This document shows positions 53,361 to 62,955 of a stretch of DNA of 64,000 nucleotides, in pieces. How positions within the stretch are numbered: position 1 is the first letter of the stretch; each line of letters starts with the position of its first letter. The notes under the pieces are model-generated. The model had not been told where the DNA came from, did not search any database, and saw only the letters and a program-made list of their open reading frames with translations. The stretch covers positions 480,001-544,000 of the forward strand of contig CAWDGJ010000003.1 of assembly GCA_963801815.1 (NCBI GenBank). The letters are read 5' to 3'. Source of the DNA: an uncultured Verrucomicrobiae bacterium. Its GTDB lineage: Bacteria; Verrucomicrobiota; Verrucomicrobiia; Chthoniobacterales; UBA10450. Made by a program: the position numbers and the translations under genes.

Positions 53361-54026
53361 ATGTTCGGCGGCAAGTTGACATCGAGCGACCGTCTTTTCG
53401 TCAAAATCTGCGGGATCACAACCGAGCTGGACGCTCTGGCCGCAGTTGAAGCCGGCGCCGATGCTCTGGGATTCAACCTGGTCCGCAAGAGTAAGCGCTA
53501 CATCGACCTCGAGAAGGCGAGCGATTGGATCGGCAAGCTGCCGTCAGGCGTGTGCAAGGTTGCGATCCTGCTGGACCCGAACTGGGAAGACGCCCGGCGG
53601 ATCGCGCGACTCCCTTTTATTGACGCGTTGCAGTTGCACGGAAATGAGTCGCCGGAGTTCTGTCGGCGATTGGGCCGCGCTGGAATTAGCTTCGCCAAAG
53701 CGGTACCAGTGGAAGACTCGAGCTCGCTAGCGGACGTGCCTGACTTTTCGACCGATACATTAATCTTGGATTCCAGCTCGGGCGGCGAATTCGGGGGAAC
53801 GGGACGCGTATTTCCGTGGAAACTGGCGCGTGACTTTGTGCTCGATGATCCAGATCTCAATATCGTGCTCGCCGGTGGGTTAAATCCCGGGAATGTGGCG
53901 GAGGCTGTGAATGCGGTCGGTCCGCGCGGCGTGGATGTGACCAGCGGGGTAGAAGCCTCCCCGGGTCGGAAAGACCACCGCTTAGTGAAAGCGTTCGTCA
54001 AAGCGGCCCGCCGCCTGGGAGCCTAA
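53361..54026 (+). CDS. trpF: Phosphoribosylanthranilate isomerase
   Basis: VKICGIT, QLHG.E, GGTG..F.W, LAGGL.P.NV, DV.SGVE. Confidence 0.96.
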   Translation: MFGGKLTSSDRLFVKICGITTELDALAAVEAGADALGFNLVRKSKRYIDLEKASDWIGKLPSGVCKVAILLDPNWEDARRIARLPFIDALQLHGNESPEFCRRLGRAGISFAKAVPVEDSSSLADVPDFSTDTLILDSSSGGEFGGTGRVFPWKLARDFVLDDPDLNIVLAGGLNPGNVAEAVNAVGPRGVDVTSGVEASPGRKDHRLVKAFVKAARRLGA

Positions 54027-54138
54027 ACCGGCTTTGCCGGTCCGGCCGACTGCACGGCTAGCTTGTCTTAAAGTTCCGAGGGGCTGGTCTGCTTCCTGCT
54101 TTTATCGCGGCAGCACTTATCTGACTTCCACAAACACT

Positions 54139-55839
54139 ATGGCCACTTCTTTTAAGCAACGGGGATGCGTCGCGGCGGCGGCGTTTCTGACCGCGCTTTC
54201 CATGTCACAGGCGCAAACGAATCCAGCTCCCGCCGCAGGATCTCCGGCGCCAGATCAATCCAACTCCGCTGACAAATCTTCGATGTTGCTCGTGCAGGCT
54301 CCGGTCCAGGCTGCCAGCCCTGCGCCAAAACCGGGCACCACCGCAACGCAAGCGCCGGGCTCGACGGAGGCCGACGAAAACATTGAAGGCGGCGGTGTCG
54401 GTGTTCGTGAATTTCAAGGCGACGACGTCGGTCAAGTGCTCCGACTGCTCGCCCGCCAAGCCAAGGTCAACATGGTAGTGAGTGATGCTGTTGCAGGCAC
54501 GGTCACAATGCGTTTGGAAGATGTGACCGCGCTTCAAGCGATTTCGATCATTGTCAAAGCCAAGGGGCTATTCATGGACAAGCTCGAGAACGTTTACTAT
54601 ATCAAGACCGCACAGGAACGCACGGCCGAGCCAACAGAAACCGACAGCTATCAGTTTAGCTATGCCCGGGCAAAAGATGTGTCCTCGTTAGTTACTTCAC
54701 AGCTGCAGAGCAAAGACCCGCCCCAGATTGATGAACGGACGAACACCATGTTCTACCGTGAAACTCGAAGTAACATCGACAACATTCGCAAAGTTCTTTT
54801 GCAAATCGATAAGCCGACGAGGCAGGTGATGATTGAAGCGCGGCTCGTGGAAGTGACTGCTGATCCAGTGCAAGCTTACGGAATCAACTGGGCTGGGACA
54901 GTCGGCAGCGCGTCTGCCCCGAAGACAATCACTTATGGTAACCCGATTGCGTCAGGCAGCCCGGTGCCCGGTGGGAATGTGCCGACCGGCGGCTTTGGAC
55001 TAGGCAATCCGAACAATAACAATTTCTTCGGCAGCCTTGGTCAATTGATCCCTGGCCAATTCGCTATTCTGTCGGTCCCACAATTCTCGGCGACGCTGGC
55101 GGCGCTAAATGAAGATGCCGACGCCGAGTTCCTGGCTAACCCACGTGTGGTCACCGCAGACAATCAACAGGCGAAGATTGAAGTAATTCGCAATCAGCCG
55201 GTACCACAGCTGAATTTCAACGAACAAACCGCAACTGCCGTATTCGGCGGATTTCAGGACAAAACGTTTGGTAACACATTGATCGTCCGCCCTTCCATCA
55301 ATAAGGACAACTACATCACGCTAGCGGTGAAACCGGAAATTAGTAACAAGGTGGGCGATTTTCACTTCACCTTTAATGGCGCCGACGTCACAAGCCCGAT
55401 TATCGACAAGCGCACACTGGACTCTAACGTGCTCATTAGGAGCGGCGACACGCTTGCGCTTGGCGGTCTGATTTCCGATCAGGCGGCGAAAGCCCGAACG
55501 AAGGTTCCCGTTCTGGGTGACATTCCGGTGCTGGGCTACGCGTTTCAGAGCCACGACAATGAACGCCACAAACGCAATTTGCTGATATTTGTAACGCCAA
55601 CCATTATTGATCAGCGCTATGGCACCGGCTTGGAAGACCAGGTCGCCGGTTTGCATCACGTGGGCGAGGAGTACGCCGATCCGAACGGCTGGCGGAACAA
55701 TGCTAAAGGAGCGGTCCGTTTAGTCCCAACTTCAAATCGTCAGCTCGCTGCCGATTATGCCAAGCCAGGAGCACCGCCAGCCCCCGAAGAAGCGACGCAG
55801 GTGCAGTTCCATAGCGACGTTAAAGACCGCGACGAATAA
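54139..55839 (+). CDS. Outer-membrane secretin (PilQ/GspD family)
   Basis: Signal peptide; N0-like domain; DERTN; ID.P.RQV.IEAR.VE; P.V.T.DN..A.I; GDT..LGGL; KVP.LGDIP.LG..F; L.IF.TP.I. Confidence 0.9.
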   Translation: MATSFKQRGCVAAAAFLTALSMSQAQTNPAPAAGSPAPDQSNSADKSSMLLVQAPVQAASPAPKPGTTATQAPGSTEADENIEGGGVGVREFQGDDVGQVLRLLARQAKVNMVVSDAVAGTVTMRLEDVTALQAISIIVKAKGLFMDKLENVYYIKTAQERTAEPTETDSYQFSYARAKDVSSLVTSQLQSKDPPQIDERTNTMFYRETRSNIDNIRKVLLQIDKPTRQVMIEARLVEVTADPVQAYGINWAGTVGSASAPKTITYGNPIASGSPVPGGNVPTGGFGLGNPNNNNFFGSLGQLIPGQFAILSVPQFSATLAALNEDADAEFLANPRVVTADNQQAKIEVIRNQPVPQLNFNEQTATAVFGGFQDKTFGNTLIVRPSINKDNYITLAVKPEISNKVGDFHFTFNGADVTSPIIDKRTLDSNVLIRSGDTLALGGLISDQAAKARTKVPVLGDIPVLGYAFQSHDNERHKRNLLIFVTPTIIDQRYGTGLEDQVAGLHHVGEEYADPNGWRNNAKGAVRLVPTSNRQLAADYAKPGAPPAPEEATQVQFHSDVKDRDE

Positions 55840-55861
55840 GAAATTTTAGGAATGTGGGGTT

Positions 55862-55900
55862 GAGAGGGGGTGGGTGCCCGCGCAGGGGCCCGCCCTCTTT
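55862..55900. terminator. GC-rich hairpin between convergent secretin and sigma genes
   Basis: GAGGGGGTGGGTGCCC-loop-GGGGCCCGCCCTCTTT. Confidence 0.45.
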
Positions 55901-55903
55901 GCT

Positions 55904-56503
55904 TTATTGCTTCAGATAAACCTGCAATCGTTCGCGCAATTCTGTCCGCGCGCGAAAGAGCAGGCTTTTGACCGCCGGCACCGACAACTCCAGGACATCT
56001 GCAATTTCTTCGTAGCTCAGTTCTTCGTAGCGTCTGAGCACAAGCGCCATTCGTTGGGCGTCCGGAAGCTCAGCGATGGCGCTTTCAATCGCTCGTTGCA
56101 ATTCCGCCTGCAGCAGAGTTGCGTCCGGAGTTGCGGTTACCTCATCCTTGATTGGCAGTTCTTCCGTTTCGGGATCGATCTGGACCGGCACGTGCGGATG
56201 ACGCTTCGCGCGCCGCATTTCGTTGAAAACGAGGTTACGGGTGATCTTGAGTAGCCAGGTCGTGAATTTCGCCCGAGCCACGTAACGACCGGCGCTTTTC
56301 CAGACGCGGATAAAGACCTGCTGACTAATGTCTTCCACGTCGGAATTGCTGCCGAGCATTCGTGCCACTGTGCCGGCCACCAGGGCCTGATGTCGCTCGA
56401 TCAACGCCTCGAAGGCAGCCGTGTCGCCGCCGGCCACCAAGAGCATCAGGCGGACATCTTCCGCGTCATCGCCGGATCGCGCCGGTGCTTTTGGGTCGGC
56501 CAT
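55904..56503 (-). CDS. ECF RNA polymerase sigma factor
   Basis: GD..AF..L, ED..Q.VF, F.TWL..I, LP..QR, SYEEIA, VKS.L.RAR. Confidence 0.95.
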   Translation of the reverse strand: MADPKAPARSGDDAEDVRLMLLVAGGDTAAFEALIERHQALVAGTVARMLGSNSDVEDISQQVFIRVWKSAGRYVARAKFTTWLLKITRNLVFNEMRRAKRHPHVPVQIDPETEELPIKDEVTATPDATLLQAELQRAIESAIAELPDAQRMALVLRRYEELSYEEIADVLELSVPAVKSLLFRARTELRERLQVYLKQ

Positions 56504-56656
56504 TGATAAACAGACGGGGTTGGTGGGGCACCGATTCGAATCTTATCGCGCTCAATGGGGGCCCGTCTTCCTCGTCAGATGCGCTCCGGTGCTTTTTGTT
56601 GCAACTCGTGAGGCGGCTGTGCATGGTAAAGCCATCAATTTCAGCATCGGCACGGG

Positions 56657-57805
56657 ATGAATTACTCACTTATTCCAAAGGAACTTAAGCCGATTGCCGA
56701 AAAAATCGAGGCGGCCGCTCGCGTCTCGGAAGCCGAGGCGGCGGTTCTCTATCGGGCGACCGATCTTAACGCTCTCGGAATCATGGCCAACGTCGTTCGC
56801 GAGCGAAAAAACGGGAACTTCGCGAGTTACATCCACAACCGTTACATCAACTATTCAAACATCTGTGTTCTGTCGTGTCAGTTTTGCGCGTTTGCGGCTA
56901 AGAAACGCGACGCGCACGCGTTCGAACACGCCCCCGGCGAAATCATTCAAGCAGTTGCCGACGCTCTTCCGCTCGGGATCACGGAAGTTCACATGGTCGG
57001 TGGTCTGCATCCATCTTTAAAGAAGGAGTGGTATTTGGATTTGCTGGATGGGTTGCGCGCGCTCGACCCGCGTCTGCACATCAAAGCTTTTACCGCAATC
57101 GAGGTCCGTCATTTGGCCGAGCGCATTTTTAAGATGCCGATCAAAGATACGTTGGAGCTGTTGCGGGAACACGGATTGGGTTCAATTACTGGCGGTGGCG
57201 CGGAAATCTTCGACGCCGAGGTGCGTGATCGTATCTGTCGCGGTAAGGAGACCGCTGAGGAATGGCTCGACGTTCACCGGACTTGGCATCGAATGGGCGG
57301 CCACAGCACGTGTACGATGCTTTACGGACACGTCGAAACGCTGGAGCAGCGCGTCGATCACTTGCGCCAGCTCCGCCAACTTCAGGACGAAACTGGGGGC
57401 TTTAGCGGGTTTGTTCCGTTTGCGTTTGAACCGCAAACGACCATCCTGGCTCATATCAAGCGTGCGTCCGCCGTCGAGCAATTGCGCAATCTGGCGGTAA
57501 GCCGAATTTATCTCGATAATATCGATCATCTGACCGCTTATTGGGTGAGCACCGGTCTGCCGCTCGCCCAGATTTCACTCAGCTACGGAGCTGACGATTT
57601 GCACGGCACGATCATGGAAGAAAAAATCTTTCACATGGCGGGCGCGACCACGCCGCAACAGCAAACGATCGCAGCTCTCGAGCACGCGATTCGCGAGGCC
57701 GGGCGCATTCCAGTCCAACGGGACAGCCGATACCGTCACCTGACGAATGGCCGAAACGGGTCGACATCCCAGCCGCGCTCCGAAGCTGAGCTCGCCTGCG
57801 CCTAA
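56657..57805 (+). CDS. mqnE: Aminofutalosine synthase (radical SAM)
   Basis: CVLSCQFC, E.H.VGG, GGGAEI, TMLYGH.E, AYW, GT..EE.I; adjacent to mqnA. Confidence 0.88.
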   Translation: MNYSLIPKELKPIAEKIEAAARVSEAEAAVLYRATDLNALGIMANVVRERKNGNFASYIHNRYINYSNICVLSCQFCAFAAKKRDAHAFEHAPGEIIQAVADALPLGITEVHMVGGLHPSLKKEWYLDLLDGLRALDPRLHIKAFTAIEVRHLAERIFKMPIKDTLELLREHGLGSITGGGAEIFDAEVRDRICRGKETAEEWLDVHRTWHRMGGHSTCTMLYGHVETLEQRVDHLRQLRQLQDETGGFSGFVPFAFEPQTTILAHIKRASAVEQLRNLAVSRIYLDNIDHLTAYWVSTGLPLAQISLSYGADDLHGTIMEEKIFHMAGATTPQQQTIAALEHAIREAGRIPVQRDSRYRHLTNGRNGSTSQPRSEAELACA

Positions 57806-57848
57806 AGGTTATTGTTCTTCCGCTTCCTCTTACTTTGGTTGTCAGAAG

Positions 57849-58634
57849 ATGAAGGTTCAGAGGGAGCGTCCCTTGCGCGTCGGTTGTGTTAAGTATCTCA
57901 ATGCCCGGCCGCTGATTCAGGGTTGGGAAGGCAAAGTCGTCTTCGATCATCCATCGACGTTGTGCGCACAGCTCGCTCGCGGCGAGCTCGATGTCGCGCT
58001 CGTGTCCAGTTTCGAATTTCTGCGGAATCCCATTTATCGAATCGTCGACGGCGTTTCGATCTCATCGGACGGCGCGGTTTACAGCGTCGTCGTCGCTTAC
58101 GCTGGCGATACGCCGCTGCCGGAAATCGAATTGGATCCCGCGTCGGAAACTTCGGTTGTTTTACTGCGCTGTCTACTTGCTGAGCGTGGCAAGGAATTTC
58201 GCGCTGTTGAAATAGCAAGAGATTCACTCTCTCCCATCAAACGCGGCCGTGCCCGGCTCCTGATTGGTGATCATGCGATTCGATTTCGCCAGAAATTCCC
58301 CGACGATTATCGATACTGGGATCTGGGGGAGGAATGGAAAGGTTTGACGAAATTACAATTCGTTTACGCGCTCTGGCTCGTTAGGCCGGAGGTCAAAGAC
58401 GCGAAAGCAATCGCCGATCGCATTCGCGTACTGCGTGACGTGAATCTCGACAACATCGAGAATGTCATCGCCGTCGAACACGAATTTTCGGCCGACTTTT
58501 GTCGCTGCTACTATCGTGAGCATCTCCGATTCAACTTCGGAGAAAATGAAAAGAGCGGGCTGCGCGCCTTCTCCGGCTCATGCCAAAAGCATGGGCTACT
58601 GCCAAAACGCGAACTGGTGCTGGACCTAATCTAA
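57849..58634 (+). CDS. mqnA: Chorismate dehydratase (futalosine pathway)
   Basis: V.YLN.RPL, G.V.SV, S.TS..L, LLIGD.A, DLG.EW...T.L.FV.A.W. Confidence 0.9.
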   Translation: MKVQRERPLRVGCVKYLNARPLIQGWEGKVVFDHPSTLCAQLARGELDVALVSSFEFLRNPIYRIVDGVSISSDGAVYSVVVAYAGDTPLPEIELDPASETSVVLLRCLLAERGKEFRAVEIARDSLSPIKRGRARLLIGDHAIRFRQKFPDDYRYWDLGEEWKGLTKLQFVYALWLVRPEVKDAKAIADRIRVLRDVNLDNIENVIAVEHEFSADFCRCYYREHLRFNFGENEKSGLRAFSGSCQKHGLLPKRELVLDLI

Positions 58635-58637
58635 ACG

Positions 58638-59042
58638 CTAGGGCCGGGTCGGTTTCGGCGCGTTCATGTTCGGGCCGGTGTCCCCGCCGGGCGGCGTCCA
58701 TTGACCGACGATATCTGCGCCAAAAATCCAATCGTCGTAAAGAGTTCCATTCACGGAAACGGTTTTCTCGTAATATTTTCGGAGATTGATTTGTTCTTTC
58801 GCAAACTCGTTTTCCCGTCGCGCCCGGGTCAATCGCAGCACCATGTCCGGATCTTTCAGAAGACGCAAACGATACGCCCCATCAATCAATACAACGGTAC
58901 CGGTGAAAACTTCCGTCTTGCGCTCGAGTTTGGGCGTCGGCTTTTCCGGCGGACCGCTCGGCTGCTCCAACATCTTTTTTCCAAGAGCGCAACCCGACAA
59001 CGCAAGTGTCCCTGCCAATAACGCGATTCCGGCCAAATTCAC
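58638..59042 (-). CDS. Hypothetical lipoprotein
   Basis: Lipobox LSGC after a hydrophobic stretch. Confidence 0.7.
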   Translation of the reverse strand: MNLAGIALLAGTLALSGCALGKKMLEQPSGPPEKPTPKLERKTEVFTGTVVLIDGAYRLRLLKDPDMVLRLTRARRENEFAKEQINLRKYYEKTVSVNGTLYDDWIFGADIVGQWTPPGGDTGPNMNAPKPTRP

Positions 59043-59137
59043 AGCCCCTGTGTAATTGAGTCGTCAATCGCGAGTCAACTGATTATGAGAGATTGTCTCG
59101 CAGTTGTCAGCTGATGCCGGGCGGGATAAAATAATCG

Positions 59138-60895
59138 GTGCAAAGCCGCGTAGATGTCGACCCGCCCCAGGCGAACACGCGTTCAAGGTTTACGCGGCAA
59201 ACTCGCTGGATCATTGCTTCTCCCGAACAGCTCAACGACGATGCCGTTCGTTGGAGCGAGATTTGCGGCTGCGAATGCATCGCTCGTTTGTTGGCGCGTA
59301 AGGGCTTTGCCAGCGCGGATGAGGTCCAGGCTTTCCTTAAACCGCGTTTGAAGATGTTGAGCGATCCTTTTCTGTTGCCAAACATGGAAACAGCGGTGAC
59401 TCGGATTGTTGCGGCCATCGATCGCCGTGAACGCGTCGTTCTGTTCGGCGATTACGACGTTGATGGAGTCACTTCTCTCACTTTGCTCGCGGAAATCTTG
59501 CGTGCATACGGCGCGACACCGGATCTGTTCCTGCCCATGCGAATGGAGGAAGGCTATGGGATGAGCCGCGAAAGCGTCGAGCGCTGTGTCGACCTTTACC
59601 GTCCCGAGCTTCTCATCGCGCTTGATTGCGGGACCTCGTCGGCGGCGGAGATTGCTGATCTTCGCGATCGCGGTGTCGACGTGATTGTAATCGACCATCA
59701 CGAACCGAAGGCGGCGCTGCCGGATTGTGTGGCGATTGTAAATCCGAAAATTGATCCTGCGGGAGCGTTTCATTATTTGTGCACCGCGGGTCTTGTTTTC
59801 AAACTCTGTCACGCCTTGTTGAAAACACGGCCGATCGAGTTCGATCTCAAATCACGGCTCGACCTGGTCGCGCTCGGGACGGTGGCCGACATCGTTCCGT
59901 TGTCCGGTGAGAACCGAGCGTTTGTTCAACGCGGCTCAATTGAGATCGCGCGATCGACGCGACAGGGCCTGAGAAAGTTGATCGAAATCAGCGGGGTAAA
60001 GCCGCCAATTCTTACCGACGATATCGGTTACCGGCTCGGACCAAGATTGAATGCGGCCGGGCGATTGAGCACCGCCGAGAAATCGCTTCGACTGCTGTTA
60101 ACCCAGAATGAGAGTGAAGCGACGGAGCTTGCCGAATTGTTGGACAAACAAAATCGAGAACGACAGGAAGTTGAGAAGCAGGTTTTCGCGGCTGCCGAAA
60201 AGAAGATCGCGAACCAGTTCGATCCTTCGCGCGACGCAGCGATTGTCGTATTCGAGCGGGGCTGGCACGCGGGCGTTCTCGGGATCGTGGCGTCGCGCAT
60301 CGCGCACAAGTACCATCGTCCGGCGATCGTGATCGGTTTTGACGAAAAAGGACTCGGCAAAGGAAGTGGCCGCAGCATTGAAGGTTTGAATCTGGTGCGG
60401 GCGCTGACTCATTGCGCGGACGGGCTGGAGAAGTACGGCGGTCATGAAATGGCGGCCGGCCTGACCATTCGCGAAAAAGAGATCGATCTTTTTGCGGAAC
60501 AATTTCGTCGCGTCGCGCGGGAGCTATTGTCGGATGAAGACTTGCGGCCGCGCCTCCGGCTCGATCATGAAATCAATTTCTCGGAATTAAACTTCGATTT
60601 TCTCGGCTGGCACGAAATGCTGCAACCGTTTGGCAACGGCAATCCACAGCCGCTCCTTTTCGCCCGTAAGGTCGAATCGATAGGCGCGCCGCGGGTTGTT
60701 GGTGAAAAACATCTCGCCCTCGTCTTGCGGCAGCGAAATCATCAGCGCCGAGCGATTTTCTTTGGTGCCGCTCAAGATTCTTTGCCGGCCCAGCCATGGG
60801 ATATCGCGTTTCGCATTCGCCCCGACGAATACGGGGGGGAGACGCGATTGGAAATTCGACTCGAAGCGGTGCGCGAGTCCGTCGCGGTGGATTGA
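59138..60895 (+). CDS. recJ: Single-stranded-DNA exonuclease RecJ (start uncertain)
   Basis: GDYDVDG, DHH, LGTVAD, PRLNAAGR, GS.RS, GGH..AAG, PFG.GN. Confidence 0.97.
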   Translation: MQSRVDVDPPQANTRSRFTRQTRWIIASPEQLNDDAVRWSEICGCECIARLLARKGFASADEVQAFLKPRLKMLSDPFLLPNMETAVTRIVAAIDRRERVVLFGDYDVDGVTSLTLLAEILRAYGATPDLFLPMRMEEGYGMSRESVERCVDLYRPELLIALDCGTSSAAEIADLRDRGVDVIVIDHHEPKAALPDCVAIVNPKIDPAGAFHYLCTAGLVFKLCHALLKTRPIEFDLKSRLDLVALGTVADIVPLSGENRAFVQRGSIEIARSTRQGLRKLIEISGVKPPILTDDIGYRLGPRLNAAGRLSTAEKSLRLLLTQNESEATELAELLDKQNRERQEVEKQVFAAAEKKIANQFDPSRDAAIVVFERGWHAGVLGIVASRIAHKYHRPAIVIGFDEKGLGKGSGRSIEGLNLVRALTHCADGLEKYGGHEMAAGLTIREKEIDLFAEQFRRVARELLSDEDLRPRLRLDHEINFSELNFDFLGWHEMLQPFGNGNPQPLLFARKVESIGAPRVVGEKHLALVLRQRNHQRRAIFFGAAQDSLPAQPWDIAFRIRPDEYGGETRLEIRLEAVRESVAVD

Positions 60896-62955
60896 TGGAA
60901 ATTTCGCAACCGCTGGAAGAATTGGATTGGATTCCACGCCCGAAGATCCTGGCGCTGCGGCGGCTCGGCATCACAACTGCGGAAGACTTGCTGACGCATT
61001 TTCCGCGACGTCATGAGGATCGACATCAGTTTCCGCAATTTCCAAGCGAGGAAAGCGAAACGCCGATTTGTCTCTCCGGGGAGGTGATCAAGACATCGCT
61101 CCGCCGGTTCGGTGGCTGGAAAAAAATCTTTGAGGCAACGTTGCAGGAACCGAACGCCAACGCCCTCAGCCAGCATTTGGTCTGTCGCTGGTTCAATTTG
61201 CATTACATCCAGAAAATGATCGCGACCGGCCAGCAGTTGGTCGTTTTCGGAAAACCACGACTGCGCGGCAACCGGATTTGCATGGATCACCCCGAGTTCG
61301 AGGTGATTGAAGACGACGGCGAGCAGTCGATTCATTTGCGGCGGATCACGCCGATTTATCCTGCGACCGAAGGCCTTTCGCAGCGCGTGTTGCGCAGCAT
61401 CATTTACCGTCTTCTCAAAGAACTCGACACAGAGCCGATCGAGCCGCTGCTGCCGCGGAATTTGAAGACGGGAGACCGCAGAGAAGCCATCCGCGCGATT
61501 CACTTTCCTGAGACCTGGGAATCGCTGAGCGCGGCCCGCGAGCATCTCGTTCTGTCAGAGTTTTTCGCGATACAAATGCTGATCGCGTCCCGGCGAAGCG
61601 AATCGCATTCGCGTGTAAGTGCGATCCATGGTGGGCGAGCGGAACTAATGGAGAAATTTTTACGCACGCTTCCCTTTGAACTCACGACTGCGCAAAAAAA
61701 AGTCATCGCTGAAATCAGACGCGATCTCACCGCGAAGTATCCGATGAACCGTTTGCTGCAGGGCGATGTCGGCTCGGGAAAAACGGTGGTCGCGATCGCT
61801 GCGATTCTGCTCGCGGTAGAAGCCGGTCATCAGGCAGCCTTCATGGCGCCGACCCAGATTTTGGCGGAGCAACACTACGCAGTTCTGCTGCGGTGGCTCG
61901 AACCACTCGGCATAAAGTTGTCGATCCGTACCGCCGCACGTCAGGAGGAAAGTTTCCTGCCGTTGATGGAAGGTGACGAAAAGGCAGATGTCATTATCGG
62001 AACGCACGCGTTGCTTTACCAGAAGGTCTCATTTTCGAACCTCGGACTCGTGGTCATTGACGAGCAGCACAAGTTTGGCGTCGCGCAACGCGCCCGCCTG
62101 ACCAATCGGGAACCGGCGCCGGCGGTTTTGGTGATGACCGCGACGCCGATTCCACGGACGATCACGATGACGGTTTACGGCGATCTCGACGTTTCAACTC
62201 TGGACGAGATGCCGAGCGGTCGTGGGAAGATCATTACCGCGGTTCGCGATTCAGCGAAACTCGGCGAGGTATTGAGTTTTTTGCGCACTCAATTGGAAGC
62301 CGGCCGGCAATTGTACGTGGTCTATCCGCTGATCGAAGAAAGCGAAAAACTCGAAGCGAAGGCGGCGGCCGGAGAGTACGAACGCTGGTGCGAGCGATTG
62401 CATCCATACACCTGTGAGTTACTGCATGGTCGAATTCCTGCACCGGAAAAGGCGGAGATCATGGAGCGATTTCGCCACGGTGAAGCAAAAGTGCTGATCA
62501 GCACCACGGTAATCGAAGTTGGTGTCGACGTTCCGAACGCAACCGTGATGCTGGTTGAGAATGCGGAACGGTTCGGATTGGCTCAGCTTCATCAACTGCG
62601 TGGCCGGATCGGGCGCGGGGAGCACAAATCGTACTGCATTTTGCTGCTCACATCCAAGCCCTCGCCGGAGGCGGCCGAAAAATTGGCGGTGCTGGAAAAA
62701 ACGACGGACGGCTTCGCTGTAGCCGAGGCCGATTGGGAAATGCGCGGTCCGGGTGATTTGTTAGGCACGGCTCAAAGCGGCCTGCCTGCGCTAAAGATCG
62801 GCGATTTACGCAAAGACGCGCAGCTAATGAAGCGCGCGCGAAACAGTGCGATGTCGATCTTCGAGATGGACCCGCACTTGGAATGGCCGGAAAATCAACG
62901 TTTCCGGCGGTTGATTGTCGAACAAGAGGGACGAACCTTTTCCAACGTTAGCTAA
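60895..62955 (+). CDS. recG: ATP-dependent DNA helicase RecG
   Basis: QGDVGSGKT, DEQH, MTATPIPR, QLRGR.GRG, RGPG..LG..QSG. Confidence 0.97.
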   Translation: MEISQPLEELDWIPRPKILALRRLGITTAEDLLTHFPRRHEDRHQFPQFPSEESETPICLSGEVIKTSLRRFGGWKKIFEATLQEPNANALSQHLVCRWFNLHYIQKMIATGQQLVVFGKPRLRGNRICMDHPEFEVIEDDGEQSIHLRRITPIYPATEGLSQRVLRSIIYRLLKELDTEPIEPLLPRNLKTGDRREAIRAIHFPETWESLSAAREHLVLSEFFAIQMLIASRRSESHSRVSAIHGGRAELMEKFLRTLPFELTTAQKKVIAEIRRDLTAKYPMNRLLQGDVGSGKTVVAIAAILLAVEAGHQAAFMAPTQILAEQHYAVLLRWLEPLGIKLSIRTAARQEESFLPLMEGDEKADVIIGTHALLYQKVSFSNLGLVVIDEQHKFGVAQRARLTNREPAPAVLVMTATPIPRTITMTVYGDLDVSTLDEMPSGRGKIITAVRDSAKLGEVLSFLRTQLEAGRQLYVVYPLIEESEKLEAKAAAGEYERWCERLHPYTCELLHGRIPAPEKAEIMERFRHGEAKVLISTTVIEVGVDVPNATVMLVENAERFGLAQLHQLRGRIGRGEHKSYCILLLTSKPSPEAAEKLAVLEKTTDGFAVAEADWEMRGPGDLLGTAQSGLPALKIGDLRKDAQLMKRARNSAMSIFEMDPHLEWPENQRFRRLIVEQEGRTFSNVS

